A stretch of 64,000 nucleotides of DNA from Turneriella sp. Its GTDB lineage: Bacteria > Spirochaetota > Leptospiria > Turneriellales > Turneriellaceae. The stretch's first letter is position 1, and every line of letters begins with the position of its first letter. The stretch is taken from assembly GCA_965279515.1 (NCBI GenBank), contig CBDIID010000003.1, positions 1-64,000 on the forward strand, in the 5' to 3' direction. Positions 39,298 through 48,265 of this stretch are shown in pieces. The notes beneath the pieces were generated by a model, which was given only the letters and a program-made list of their open reading frames with translations, had not been told where the DNA came from and did no database searches. The translations under genes were made by a program, and so were the position numbers.

Positions 39298-39423
39298 ATG
39301 AGCGCATTGGCAACGGTTGCGTTTTTTGTGACTTTCACAGGTGCCGGATATCTAATCGCTGTTGCTATGTCTCGGCTGATTGCAGAGCAGGTGGCTAATA
39401 GGCTAAATCGCCATAATAAATGA
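39298..39423 (+). CDS. Small membrane peptide (41 aa), absent from the ORF track
   Basis: MSALATVAFFVTFTGAGYLIAVAMSRLIAEQVANRLNRHNK*. Confidence 0.55.
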   Translation: MSALATVAFFVTFTGAGYLIAVAMSRLIAEQVANRLNRHNK

Positions 39424-39584
39424 ATGCGCGAATCCTTTTGCTGATTGGATTCGCGATACTTGCGTCCAGTATTTTACTTCTGCAAAGTTACAAAGAATAC
39501 GCGAAAACTGTTGAGACGCTTGTTACCTTGCTGGCATTGACGACATCGTTCGTCGCGATCTATGATTTCCTCAAAAAGAAATAA
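39420..39584 (+). CDS. Small two-TM peptide (54 aa), absent from the ORF track
   Basis: MNARILLLIGFAILASSILLLQSYKEYAKTVETLVTLLALTTSFVAIYDFLKKK*; ATGA overlap with the previous ORF. Confidence 0.6.
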   Translation: MNARILLLIGFAILASSILLLQSYKEYAKTVETLVTLLALTTSFVAIYDFLKKK

Positions 39585-39589
39585 CCGAC

Positions 39590-39826
39590 TCAGAGTGCTT
39601 GCCGTAACTTCTGTTCAGCCAATCGGCCCAGATAGCTGGCCAAGGCAAGACGGGCCGTGTTGCCCGTCGTCGCGGGCGAAGCAAAGTTTGCGGTTGTTAG
39701 AATATCCATCCGTGTGGCGGTGAGCCGTGTAATACGTAAGCCCTTTGCTTCCGGGCTGGTTTGGGCCGAGGCTGCTTTCAGGGTACGCAGCGACAGCAGG
39801 AGGAGTTGCTCCTCCGCCGAAATCAT
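39590..39826 (-). CDS. Hypothetical protein coupled to fliS
   Basis: ATGA overlap with the fliS stop; 78 aa, helical character. Confidence 0.55.
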   Translation of the reverse strand: MISAEEQLLLLSLRTLKAASAQTSPEAKGLRITRLTATRMDILTTANFASPATTGNTARLALASYLGRLAEQKLRQAL

Positions 39827-40257
39827 CCCTCGGCCTTAAAGCCGCCCTTATAATCCGTGGGTTTTGCCGCCGCAGCCTTGGCGGGCGCTGTGTCGATCTG
39901 CTTCCAGGCCTCTACGAGCTCCGTGAGGACCTTTTTGACGGGTTTCATCTTGTCCGTCTTCTTTTCGAGGTTGGCCTCGAGCAGCTGGGTTTTGCAGTAG
40001 GCGTAGAGGTTGAAGAGGTTTTGGGCGATTTCGCCGCCCTCGGCGAGGTTGAGTGAAACCATGAGTTCGGTAAAGATGTCTTGTGCGCGCAGAATCGCCG
40101 CATTGGCCTTGTCGAAGGTCTTGAAGGAGGTCATGTGGCCCTCCGCCTCTTTGATGAAGCGCAGCGCGCCCTCGTAGAGCATGATAATGAGCTGCTTCTG
40201 GTCGGCGGTGCCAACGGAGTTGGCCTGGTATTCTTTAAGGTGCAGGTCGCGTGACAT
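39823..40257 (-). CDS. fliS: Flagellar export chaperone FliS
   Basis: LIIMLYEGALRF, AQDIFTELMVSLN..GGEIAQNLFNLY, ELVEAW. Confidence 0.95.
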   Translation of the reverse strand: MSRDLHLKEYQANSVGTADQKQLIIMLYEGALRFIKEAEGHMTSFKTFDKANAAILRAQDIFTELMVSLNLAEGGEIAQNLFNLYAYCKTQLLEANLEKKTDKMKPVKKVLTELVEAWKQIDTAPAKAAAAKPTDYKGGFKAEG

Positions 40258-40323
40258 CAGTTACGCCTTTGAATGAGGCTCTCAGAGTGTCGGCACTTTT
40301 TGAAGAATAGGCGAGGGTTTTTG

Positions 40324-40353
40324 AAAAAGCCCCATTCCGGGAAGAAATGGGGC
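40324..40353 (-). terminator. Intrinsic terminator after the 41-aa ORF
   Basis: Minus strand GCCCCATT-9nt-AATGGGGC-TTTTT. Confidence 0.75.
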
Positions 40354-40358
40354 ATGCT

Positions 40359-40484
40359 TTACTTCGAAGCTTCTGTCTTCGTCTTATCTTTCGTCTTGCT
40401 TTTCTCGCCGTCTTTGCCGTCGCAGGCGTTTACCGCTGCGGCCGCAAAAAGAGCAACAACCAAAAGGGCAGCCAATTTCTTCAT
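40359..40484 (-). CDS. Tiny predicted lipoprotein (41 aa), absent from the ORF track
   Basis: GGAGG SD; MKKLAALLVVALFAAAAVNA-CDGKDGEKSKTKDKTKTEASK*; own terminator. Confidence 0.75.
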   Translation of the reverse strand: MKKLAALLVVALFAAAAVNACDGKDGEKSKTKDKTKTEASK

Positions 40485-40612
40485 AGAGCCTCCAGGACAA
40501 TACATGCCGCAGCCGCCAAAGCCGCCACGTGCTTCACTGCCAAGTTAATTCAGGGCAGGGCATGCGGCCAGAAAAAGCGTTTTCGCAGCGTTCCAAAAAG
40601 CGATCATGCCTG

Positions 40613-41632
40613 ATGCGTTTAGCGTTTTTAGTGGGATTTATCTCTGTTCTGGCCATGGCCTCGTGCAAAGCGGCACCGGCTGCCGCCGCCCGTACGGATA
40701 TACAGGCGATCTTTCATGGCTCACCCGAAGAGACGCTGAAACCGACCATCTGGGATACCGGCGATACGACTGTAACGAACGAAGACCGCCTCGAGATCTA
40801 TGAGCCGCATATCCGCGGCATCGGCGGCGGCTACTTCGGTGTTGGTTCGATTCAGAATTTTACGCTCGCCGCGTGGGCGAGAAGCGAATACATCTGGCTC
40901 ATGGACTTTACGCGCGTGGTGGTTGCCGCCAATAAAATCCACACGGCTTTCCTGAAGCGCCTGAAGACCCCCGCCGAGCACCGCGCGATGTGGGACAAAA
41001 AGAAATCGGCGGCAGAAGCCGACAAGATTTTAGATGAAGAATTTAAGGGTAACCCCGATCTCGCCTTCATTAAAGAAAGCTATCGTAAGGCGTCGCCTTA
41101 TCTCATGATCACCTTCGGCTTTATTGACAAACTGACAAAAAAGCGACCCTATAAGTACTGGTTGAACGACCAGGAACAGTACGACTACCTGAAGGGTCTT
41201 GCATTGGCAAACCGCATACGCGCGATCAAGGGCGACCTGAACGGCGACACAACGGTGAATGGCATTGCCGCGGCGGCGAAACAGATGGGCGTACCGCTGC
41301 GCATTCTCTATTATTCGAACGCAGAAGAGTATTTCAAGGGTTACAAGCCGCCGTTCAAAAAATCCTTTTCGCAGATGCCGGTCGACGATAAGTCGTTCGT
41401 GGTGCGCACGATCTCTTTCAACAAGGCGAAATGGCGCTGGGCCGAAGATTCTGACCTCAGCACCGACCGCGGTTTCCATTACAGCCTGCAGCCGGCGACC
41501 GAATTTGTCGAGGCGCTGAAGCTCGAGCAGGTCGACGTGCGCGATTTTTACAAGACAGCCCTCGTCGATCCGAAAGAGTATGGCCTCAGCTGGCTGGGCT
41601 CGCTCGCTGAAAAAAAGCGTGCGGGTAAATAG
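40613..41632 (+). CDS. Hypothetical lipoprotein
   Basis: MRLAFLVGFISVLAMAS-C; long ORF with host-like codon use. Confidence 0.75.
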   Translation: MRLAFLVGFISVLAMASCKAAPAAAARTDIQAIFHGSPEETLKPTIWDTGDTTVTNEDRLEIYEPHIRGIGGGYFGVGSIQNFTLAAWARSEYIWLMDFTRVVVAANKIHTAFLKRLKTPAEHRAMWDKKKSAAEADKILDEEFKGNPDLAFIKESYRKASPYLMITFGFIDKLTKKRPYKYWLNDQEQYDYLKGLALANRIRAIKGDLNGDTTVNGIAAAAKQMGVPLRILYYSNAEEYFKGYKPPFKKSFSQMPVDDKSFVVRTISFNKAKWRWAEDSDLSTDRGFHYSLQPATEFVEALKLEQVDVRDFYKTALVDPKEYGLSWLGSLAEKKRAGK

Positions 41633-42684
41633 TGCAGGCCGAAAAAGAAACGCAACGCATCAGCGCCGCAACGGCGAAAACCCTGCTTAAGTCGTATAAG
41701 CCGAAGGCAAAAGTTCTGCCGAAGATCGCCGCACTCATCAAGGCGAATAAAAAGTTTCTGCTGACGACACATATCGGCGCCGACGCCGACGGTTTGGGCA
41801 GCCAGATCGGTCTTTACCTGCTGCTGAAGTCGCTTAAGAAAGATGTGAAAATTCTGAACAACGAGCATGTACCCGAGTATCTGCGCGAGTTAATGCCCGG
41901 CAAGCTCGTTGGCCATATCGGCGAGGGCGGCCTTACCGAAGCGGCGGCAGAAAAGCTGATGCGCGACCGTTTTGTGTTTATCCTCGATTCCTCTGAGCCA
42001 CACCGCAGCGATAAAGTGGGCGAGATGTTCCTGAAGCTGAAACGTCCCTGGGCGACGATCGACCACCATGTGCTGCCCGGAAAAAAAGAATTCTGCGTCG
42101 ACCCGACGTATGCGGCAACCGCCGAGCTCATCTGGGATCTCTACAAGTACCTGAAGAAACCAATCTCCAAAGCCGCAGCGACACCGCTCTATACGGGGTT
42201 GGTCGCCGACTCGGGCAATTTTCGTTATCCCAAGACATCGCTGCGCACGCATATTGCCGCAGGCGAGCTCATCGGTTTCGGCATCCATTCGGATTTCATA
42301 TTCCGGGCTATCTACGAAAGCCATCCCCTCGATCGCCTAAAACTCAATGCGCGCCTGATGCCGAAGGTGCAGATTCTCGCGAATAAGGTCGTGCTGTTAC
42401 CCGTATTACGCGCCGACCGTGAGGGTTTAGACCTCGGCGACAGTGGCACCGAGGGCATCGTGAACCATTTGCTGGCCCACAGGGGTGTCAAGGCGGCTGC
42501 AGTGCTGAGCGAGAGCTCAGAGGGCGAACTCAAGGGTTCGCTGCGCTCGATTGGCGCGGTCGACGTGGCATCATTGGCAAAAAAATTCGGCGGCGGCGGG
42601 CATAAGAATGCAGCGGGCCTCAAGGTGAGAAAACCCTTTGCTGAAGCGCTGAAGCTTGTAATTGCGGAATTAGAACAACTCTAG
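41632..42684 (+). CDS. DHH family phosphoesterase (NrnA-like oligoribonuclease/pAp phosphatase)
   Basis: HIGADADGLGS, IDHH, DSGNF, SLRS, GGGGHKNAAG. Confidence 0.92.
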   Translation: MQAEKETQRISAATAKTLLKSYKPKAKVLPKIAALIKANKKFLLTTHIGADADGLGSQIGLYLLLKSLKKDVKILNNEHVPEYLRELMPGKLVGHIGEGGLTEAAAEKLMRDRFVFILDSSEPHRSDKVGEMFLKLKRPWATIDHHVLPGKKEFCVDPTYAATAELIWDLYKYLKKPISKAAATPLYTGLVADSGNFRYPKTSLRTHIAAGELIGFGIHSDFIFRAIYESHPLDRLKLNARLMPKVQILANKVVLLPVLRADREGLDLGDSGTEGIVNHLLAHRGVKAAAVLSESSEGELKGSLRSIGAVDVASLAKKFGGGGHKNAAGLKVRKPFAEALKLVIAELEQL

Positions 42685-42688
42685 GCCT

Positions 42689-42720
42689 CTTTTGCCCATG
42701 AATTAATTCATGGGCAAAAG
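42689..42720. terminator. Perfect 32-bp palindrome, likely bidirectional terminator
   Basis: CTTTTGCCCATGAATT|AATTCATGGGCAAAAG between convergent stops. Confidence 0.7.
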
Positions 42721-42721
42721 A

Positions 42722-44698
42722 TCAGCGAATGAGCTTTACAATCATCTCGAGCTTCTCGGCCGCTTCCATCACTTCCTGGACCTTGCTTTTGAAGATGACC
42801 AGCGCCGTGTCTGAGATTTCTTTTTTCACGATCTTTTTACCGCGGATCTGACCCAACAGTGCCTCTGTCAGGCGCGGGTCGGCGGTTTCGAGCAGAACGA
42901 TGCTCTCTTCGATGATGACAATCGGTAAATCTTTACTCCACTCGGTGAGATTGAAGTCGAGGGCCTGCGGTATGCCGCTGCGCGTCGTGCGGCCGAGCAG
43001 GGCCTTAAAGCTCTCGATCGTGTTGCCGAGCATGACGCCGGTCTGTACTGATTCTTTGTTGAGCTGGAAGTTAAAGACCTTGTCGTATTCCTTGAGTTCG
43101 GCAAAGGATTTTAACAGGTGCAGGTCATGCAGCGACATCTTTTCCGGGATCGCCACGAGTGTGCCGTCGGGGTTGAGAATGACTGCGCCCGAATCGCTTT
43201 CGGTTAACAGGGCCTCGTTGTGGAAGAAGTGGTTACCTAAATTGCTGACATAGACGAAACGTTTCGGATAATCGACGCGCAGCATACCCATGAGGTACAT
43301 GTAGATCATCGAAGAAACAATCATCGAACGCTGCTCGATGTAAGAGTTTTTAAAGTCACGCACCTTGAAGCCGGGTATCATGATCACGCGCGAGCGGATG
43401 AGTTCGGCGAGCAGCACCTTGACGAACATGCCATTGTTGTTTTCAATGAGTTTGATGCAGGTATCGATCATCGGCATCTTGAAGAACGGCAGGTCGATCG
43501 GTAAAAACACTTCGTCGCCGACCATACGTTTGTCGGCGGCTTCGAGAATCTTGTTGAAGAGGTCGCGCATGAGCTCCGACGGTTCGCGCTTGAGGAACTC
43601 CTCATAGTTTTCGATGAGCACGACGTTCTCGTCGCGCAGGTCGACGAGCTCGAACAGGCGCAGTAGCGGCAGAATGATTTCGATCTGGTGCATCTGGCTC
43701 TTTTCGGAAAAGAGGTTGATGTCGATGTCGATGAGTGAGGCTTCGGAGCGCTTCATGTCTGCCTGACGCAGTTTCTCCGACTGTGAAAGCGTGAGACCCT
43801 TATTAGAAATGAACAGCAACAGTTTCTTTAGGTTCAAAAGAAAGTCAAAACCGTTCTCAATCGTGCGTTCCGTGAGTTCTTTGACGTCGTTACGCACCGG
43901 GAAGAGCGGGTTCTTCTTGAGATAGTTGAAGAGCTCGAGCGGAATCACGAGGATGCGCACGAAACGCTCGTCGATGAAATAGATGTCTTTGAGCAGCTGG
44001 AAGGCGTCGAGCCGGCGGATGGTCTTTTCCATCGGCAGCTTTTGCTCGTCCATGATGATGCGCGCGGCGTTGATCTCGATGATACCGCCGTTGGTAAAGG
44101 CCTCGTCGAGCAGCACCATCTCACCTTCGCTGAGACTGCCGAGAGTTTTGATCAGCGTCTCTTCTTTGAAGGCCTTCTCGGCGTATTCGCGCGGCTTCTT
44201 GCCCTTGCCGCCCAGGATAATGAGGTATTTAGGATCGTACTCTTCAGGCGGGGTCTGTTCGACTTCGCGCCGGATGCTGATCTGGAATTTTTCGCCGCGC
44301 GAATTTCCGTCGGTAGAAACAATACTGCGGAATTCGTCGAAAGCGATATATTTATCGAGGTTGTGGGTAATCCGCTCGCGGTTCTTTTTCTGGTAAAGCA
44401 GCATGATGTGCTTTAACACAGCGAGTTCTTTCTCGACGTTGATCGGCTGCAGCTGTATTTTGCGGCTGATTTCACCCAACGTCAGAATCTGTTTGTTATT
44501 TAATATCACCGCATAGATTTTTACCTGCAGCGGTGTCAGTTTTTCGAGGACGGTTTTCAGGAAGTAGGGGTCGACGAAGGTCTTGGAGAGCAGCTGAATG
44601 AGGGCCCGTTTATCGCCCGGTGGCTTAAGCAGTCCCCAGACCTCGGCCACCCTTAGGAGCTGCTCTTTTTCCAGTTTGCCAAGCTCTTCAAGCAGCAC
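42722..44698 (-). CDS. Helicase-associated domain protein (XPB/Ssl2-associated, Helicase_C_3-like)
   Basis: C-terminal ILNPDGTLV...FQLNKESV..G...IPQALDFNLTEW; no Walker motifs. Confidence 0.65.
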   Translation of the reverse strand: MLLEELGKLEKEQLLRVAEVWGLLKPPGDKRALIQLLSKTFVDPYFLKTVLEKLTPLQVKIYAVILNNKQILTLGEISRKIQLQPINVEKELAVLKHIMLLYQKKNRERITHNLDKYIAFDEFRSIVSTDGNSRGEKFQISIRREVEQTPPEEYDPKYLIILGGKGKKPREYAEKAFKEETLIKTLGSLSEGEMVLLDEAFTNGGIIEINAARIIMDEQKLPMEKTIRRLDAFQLLKDIYFIDERFVRILVIPLELFNYLKKNPLFPVRNDVKELTERTIENGFDFLLNLKKLLLFISNKGLTLSQSEKLRQADMKRSEASLIDIDINLFSEKSQMHQIEIILPLLRLFELVDLRDENVVLIENYEEFLKREPSELMRDLFNKILEAADKRMVGDEVFLPIDLPFFKMPMIDTCIKLIENNNGMFVKVLLAELIRSRVIMIPGFKVRDFKNSYIEQRSMIVSSMIYMYLMGMLRVDYPKRFVYVSNLGNHFFHNEALLTESDSGAVILNPDGTLVAIPEKMSLHDLHLLKSFAELKEYDKVFNFQLNKESVQTGVMLGNTIESFKALLGRTTRSGIPQALDFNLTEWSKDLPIVIIEESIVLLETADPRLTEALLGQIRGKKIVKKEISDTALVIFKSKVQEVMEAAEKLEMIVKLIR

Positions 44699-44814
44699 AG
44701 ACAGGCAGAGGATATTAGCCGAGATAGCGTGTAAAATCGTTTATGCCTTTTCCCCGGCCATAGCGCCAAAATAGTCCTTGCCATAGGGACGGCAAAGTCT
44801 CGACTGCTTTAGAA

Positions 44815-45582
44815 ATGTGGCGTTCTTTTATACCCAACGCATTTTCGATGGGTAATCTTACATTTGGTTTTTTCTCGATGGTGATAGCCTCGCGCGCCAC
44901 CGGGCATAACTCTGAGAATTTTTATTATTTCATCGCAGCCAGCCTATGTATTATCATCGCGGCGATCTTTGATGGTCTTGACGGCCCCCTGGCGCGGCTG
45001 TTCAAATCGCAGAGCCAGTTGGGCGAGCAGCTCGATTCACTGGCCGACCTGACAACGTTTGGCCTGGCACCCGGTTTTCTGATGTACAAGATTTACCTCT
45101 ACGAGATTGTCATCAGTAAGGCAACTTTTGGCACCCCGTGGGATATCCCCGTGGGCATGGCCGTTGCAGCCGTTTTTCCGCTCTGCGCCGCGTTCCGTTT
45201 GGCGCGTTTTAACGTGGCCCACGACCCGAACGCCTTTGTGGGGTTACCCTCGCCGGTTGCGGGGCTGCTGATCGCCTTTTTACCACTGTACAATAACAAC
45301 ACACAATATATCTCCCGCCCTGTCGCAATTGTCATATTTATATCCGTCGCATTCCTTATGATCAGCAATATCAGGTATACGAAGCCGCAATCGAATATCC
45401 GCCGGCAGTTTACCATTGTCAGGGCAATCGGCTTTGTCGCCATCATTGGCCTGCTAATCTATCGTTTTAACCTATACTTTGTCGTGTTTGGTGTCGTTAT
45501 TTTATATGTGGCGTCCGGGCTCTTTGCGATGGTGATACACATTACGCAGAAGCTCCGCTATAAAATTACATCCGGGGAATAA
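44815..45582 (+). CDS. pssA: CDP-diacylglycerol--serine O-phosphatidyltransferase
   Basis: IPNAFS, DGLDGPLAR...GEQLDSLAD..FGLAP, RLARFN, FVGLPSP. Confidence 0.9.
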   Translation: MWRSFIPNAFSMGNLTFGFFSMVIASRATGHNSENFYYFIAASLCIIIAAIFDGLDGPLARLFKSQSQLGEQLDSLADLTTFGLAPGFLMYKIYLYEIVISKATFGTPWDIPVGMAVAAVFPLCAAFRLARFNVAHDPNAFVGLPSPVAGLLIAFLPLYNNNTQYISRPVAIVIFISVAFLMISNIRYTKPQSNIRRQFTIVRAIGFVAIIGLLIYRFNLYFVVFGVVILYVASGLFAMVIHITQKLRYKITSGE

Positions 45583-45583
45583 G

Positions 45584-46462
45584 ATGTCTTTCAAATCCGT
45601 TTTGCTACAGTTGCGTAATACCGGCATAGTTCTGCTCGTCTCATCGGGATTAATCATAGGTCAAATCGGCGCGGCAGACGAAAAGCCAGCCGAGAAGCCA
45701 GAAAAGGCTGAGAAGGCCGAGCCGCCGGTGAAACCTGAAAGCACCGAAAAAGCCGGAAAAGCCGAGCCGCCTGCTAAAGCCGAAAGCACCGAGAAAGCAG
45801 GAAAGGCTGAGCCGGCTGCTAAAGCTGAAAAGACCGAGAAGGGAGAAAAAGGCCCCGAAGGTAAGCGCAAGAAGCGCGTTATCAAACTCGCCGAAGATAA
45901 AGAAGAAACCGCGCCACCGGAAAAAGATCCCGCAACGTATGAGCTCAGCAACAAGAAATTTTTAGAGGGCTATACGGTACTCGACCGCCAACCATGGGAC
46001 CGCGGTGAACATATTCTGATCTCAGCACTTATGGGCGCTATCGGTGGCGGCATTGTCGGCGGCATGGTCGGCTTTTCCGGTTATGATAAGAACGATGATA
46101 CCAAAACGCTGAACTCGCTCTATGCCTTCGCGGGTGCCGGCGCCGGGCTGGGTGTTGTCGGCGGCCTGACGACGACCTTTTTTGAGCGCGGCAGGGTAGA
46201 ACAATTTGCCATCGGCAAGTTTCTTCTCAAGTACTCATGGTATGGTGCCATCGGCGGCGCGCTGATTGGCGGCGGCATCGGCATGATTCCTTATGCTTCG
46301 AGCGGCGACTACGGCGACATTGTGCGTTATGCGGGTTATGGGGCCGGGGTCGGCCTGGCTGCCGGATTAGCGCTGTTCTTCATCGATTTACCCGATCACA
46401 TGAAATTATATTCGTACAGGCGTGAAGACCAGAGCGTGATCATGATCGCCTGGCGTTTCTAG
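45584..46462 (+). CDS. Hypothetical membrane protein with a KAEP repeat stalk and glycine-zipper helices
   Basis: Signal peptide, repeats, duplicated GAIGG..IGG / AGxGAGxGL segments. Confidence 0.7.
   Translation: MSFKSVLLQLRNTGIVLLVSSGLIIGQIGAADEKPAEKPEKAEKAEPPVKPESTEKAGKAEPPAKAESTEKAGKAEPAAKAEKTEKGEKGPEGKRKKRVIKLAEDKEETAPPEKDPATYELSNKKFLEGYTVLDRQPWDRGEHILISALMGAIGGGIVGGMVGFSGYDKNDDTKTLNSLYAFAGAGAGLGVVGGLTTTFFERGRVEQFAIGKFLLKYSWYGAIGGALIGGGIGMIPYASSGDYGDIVRYAGYGAGVGLAAGLALFFIDLPDHMKLYSYRREDQSVIMIAWRF
45716..45850 (+). repeat. Three in-frame 45-bp tandem repeats
   Basis: AEPPVKPESTEKAGK / AEPPAKAESTEKAGK / AEPAAKAEKTEKGEK. Confidence 0.85.
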
Positions 46463-46480
46463 GAAAGTTCTGCGGGCTTG

Positions 46481-47269
46481 CTAACGCCAGGCCTTAAGCA
46501 TCGCATCGAGCATCGTCAGCGAACGGTCCATCTCGGCGAACATCGTCTGCACCAGGAGCGGCGCGAGAATAGCCAGCGCCATAAAACCGATCACGATCTT
46601 TGCTGAAAAACCCAGCACAAGCATATTCATCTGCGGCGCGGCTTTCGAGAGAATGCCGAGAGTGACCGAGACAAGCAGCAGGCAGCCGATGACGGGCAGG
46701 GCGATCTTCAGCGCCGAGATAAACATACCGCCCGATAATAGCGCAAAATATTTAAATAGCTGGTTCTGCACGATTCCCTGTTTCAAAAATGAAAACCCTA
46801 GATGCGGAACGCGCTCGACGGAAAATGCCAGCGCCTGGATGAGATAGGTGTGCGCGCCGCTGACAAAAAAAACAAACAGCGCGATCAGGTTCTTGAACGT
46901 ACCGATCACGGGCAGCGAGATCTGCGACAGCGGGTCTAAGACTTCGCTGATGCCAAAACCCATCTGTACGGAAAAAAATTCCCCCGCGAGCTGATAGGCC
47001 GCGAACAGAAACTGCATGGCGATGCCGATAAAGATACCGATCATCGCCTGCTCGAACACAATCATGATAAACGAATTTTTCAGGTCTTCTTCAAACCCGG
47101 GAGGCATGTTTGCGACCGGCGTCACGATGCCGGCGCAGATGAACGACAGGGCGAAGCGGGAAAAGAACGGCAGCGAATCGCCGGAATAACCCGGAGCCAC
47201 CGAGAACAATGCGAGAAAACGGGCGAAAACCAGGGTAAAAAGCTGAAACTGCCCGGTGAGGATTTCCAC
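46481..47269 (-). CDS. fliR: Flagellar biosynthesis protein FliR
   Basis: QLAGEFFSVQMGF, KIALP, SKAAPQMN; GTG start after fliQ. Confidence 0.95.
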   Translation of the reverse strand: MEILTGQFQLFTLVFARFLALFSVAPGYSGDSLPFFSRFALSFICAGIVTPVANMPPGFEEDLKNSFIMIVFEQAMIGIFIGIAMQFLFAAYQLAGEFFSVQMGFGISEVLDPLSQISLPVIGTFKNLIALFVFFVSGAHTYLIQALAFSVERVPHLGFSFLKQGIVQNQLFKYFALLSGGMFISALKIALPVIGCLLLVSVTLGILSKAAPQMNMLVLGFSAKIVIGFMALAILAPLLVQTMFAEMDRSLTMLDAMLKAWR

Positions 47270-47274
47270 CTGAC

Positions 47275-47538
47275 TTAATGTTTGCCTATGATGCGCATCA
47301 GATCGCGCGTATAGTCGGTCATGCTGTGGATCATCCACGAAGCGAAGATGAGCGAGACGACAAGCACCGCGATCAGCTTCGGCACAAATGTCAGCGTCTG
47401 CTCCTGGATGCTGGTCGTGGTCTGTATGATGCTGATGATGAGACCAACGATAAGCGACACCATGAGCGCCGGTGCGCTGAGCTTTACCGTGAGCCAGATG
47501 GCATCACGCAGAAGGGAAATGACGTCGGTTTCCGACAT
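47275..47538 (-). CDS. fliQ: Flagellar biosynthesis protein FliQ
   Basis: GLIISIIQTTTSIQEQTLTFVPK. Confidence 0.95.
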   Translation of the reverse strand: MSETDVISLLRDAIWLTVKLSAPALMVSLIVGLIISIIQTTTSIQEQTLTFVPKLIAVLVVSLIFASWMIHSMTDYTRDLMRIIGKH

Positions 47539-47578
47539 GTGACATAATACAGCCGGGCCCGAACGCCGCGTCAAGCCA

Positions 47579-48265
47579 TTACGCAGGCCGGAAGATCAGC
47601 GCAAACTCGCCCTGTTTGCCTTTGGCCCAGGCAACTGCATCAGCGATAGGCCCCAAAAAAAACTCTTCATGCGTTTTGGTGATTTCGCGGCCGATGAGGA
47701 TTTCACTCTGCGGAAACACCAGCTGAATATCGGCGAGGCATTTTTCGATGCGGTGCACCGACTCGTAGAGCGCGATGGCACCTTCAAAGTCCAGGTACTT
47801 CTTCAGTTCATTCTGCCTGCGGCCGCTCTTGGGGGAGAGAAAACCCAGAAAGAGCAAAGGGTCGACAGAGAAGGGCGTTACGCTGACCAGTGCGGTCAGC
47901 GCCGCGGCGCCGGGTACGGGAATAATCCGGATTTTATTTTCATAGCAGAGTTTCAGGATGCGCGCTCCGGGATCCGAAAGCCGGGGAGTGCCCGCGTCGG
48001 AAATCAGTGCACCGGTGCGGCCTTCGGTTAACAGCTTGATGAGCCCCTCGGCGCTCGCCGCCTCGCTGAACGGATTGTGTACCAGCAGTTTCGCCGAGGT
48101 GGAGACTCCCGCGCGACGGAAGAGATCCAACGCTTTGCGCGTGTCTTCGCAGGCGATAAAATCTACAGAAGAGAGAATTTGTTTTGCGCGCTCGGTTAAA
48201 TCCGCCGCGTTGCCGATCGGTACGGCGACCGAATAAAGACAGCCCCCTTTGCCGGGAGCAGTCAT
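47579..48265 (-). CDS. rsmI: 16S rRNA (cytidine1402-2'-O)-methyltransferase
   Basis: PIGNAAD, ACEDTR, SDAGTPRLSDPG, YESVHR, REITKTHEE. Confidence 0.93.
   Translation of the reverse strand: MTAPGKGGCLYSVAVPIGNAADLTERAKQILSSVDFIACEDTRKALDLFRRAGVSTSAKLLVHNPFSEAASAEGLIKLLTEGRTGALISDAGTPRLSDPGARILKLCYENKIRIIPVPGAAALTALVSVTPFSVDPLLFLGFLSPKSGRRQNELKKYLDFEGAIALYESVHRIEKCLADIQLVFPQSEILIGREITKTHEEFFLGPIADAVAWAKGKQGEFALIFRPA

Noticed and set aside
40285..40320. Sigma28 promoter for fliS (GCCGACAC)
   Set aside because: The -10 match is partial and there is no correctly spaced TAAA -35; insufficient support
42722..44698. Active DNA helicase
   Set aside because: No Walker A/B or helicase core motifs; only an associated domain is suggested
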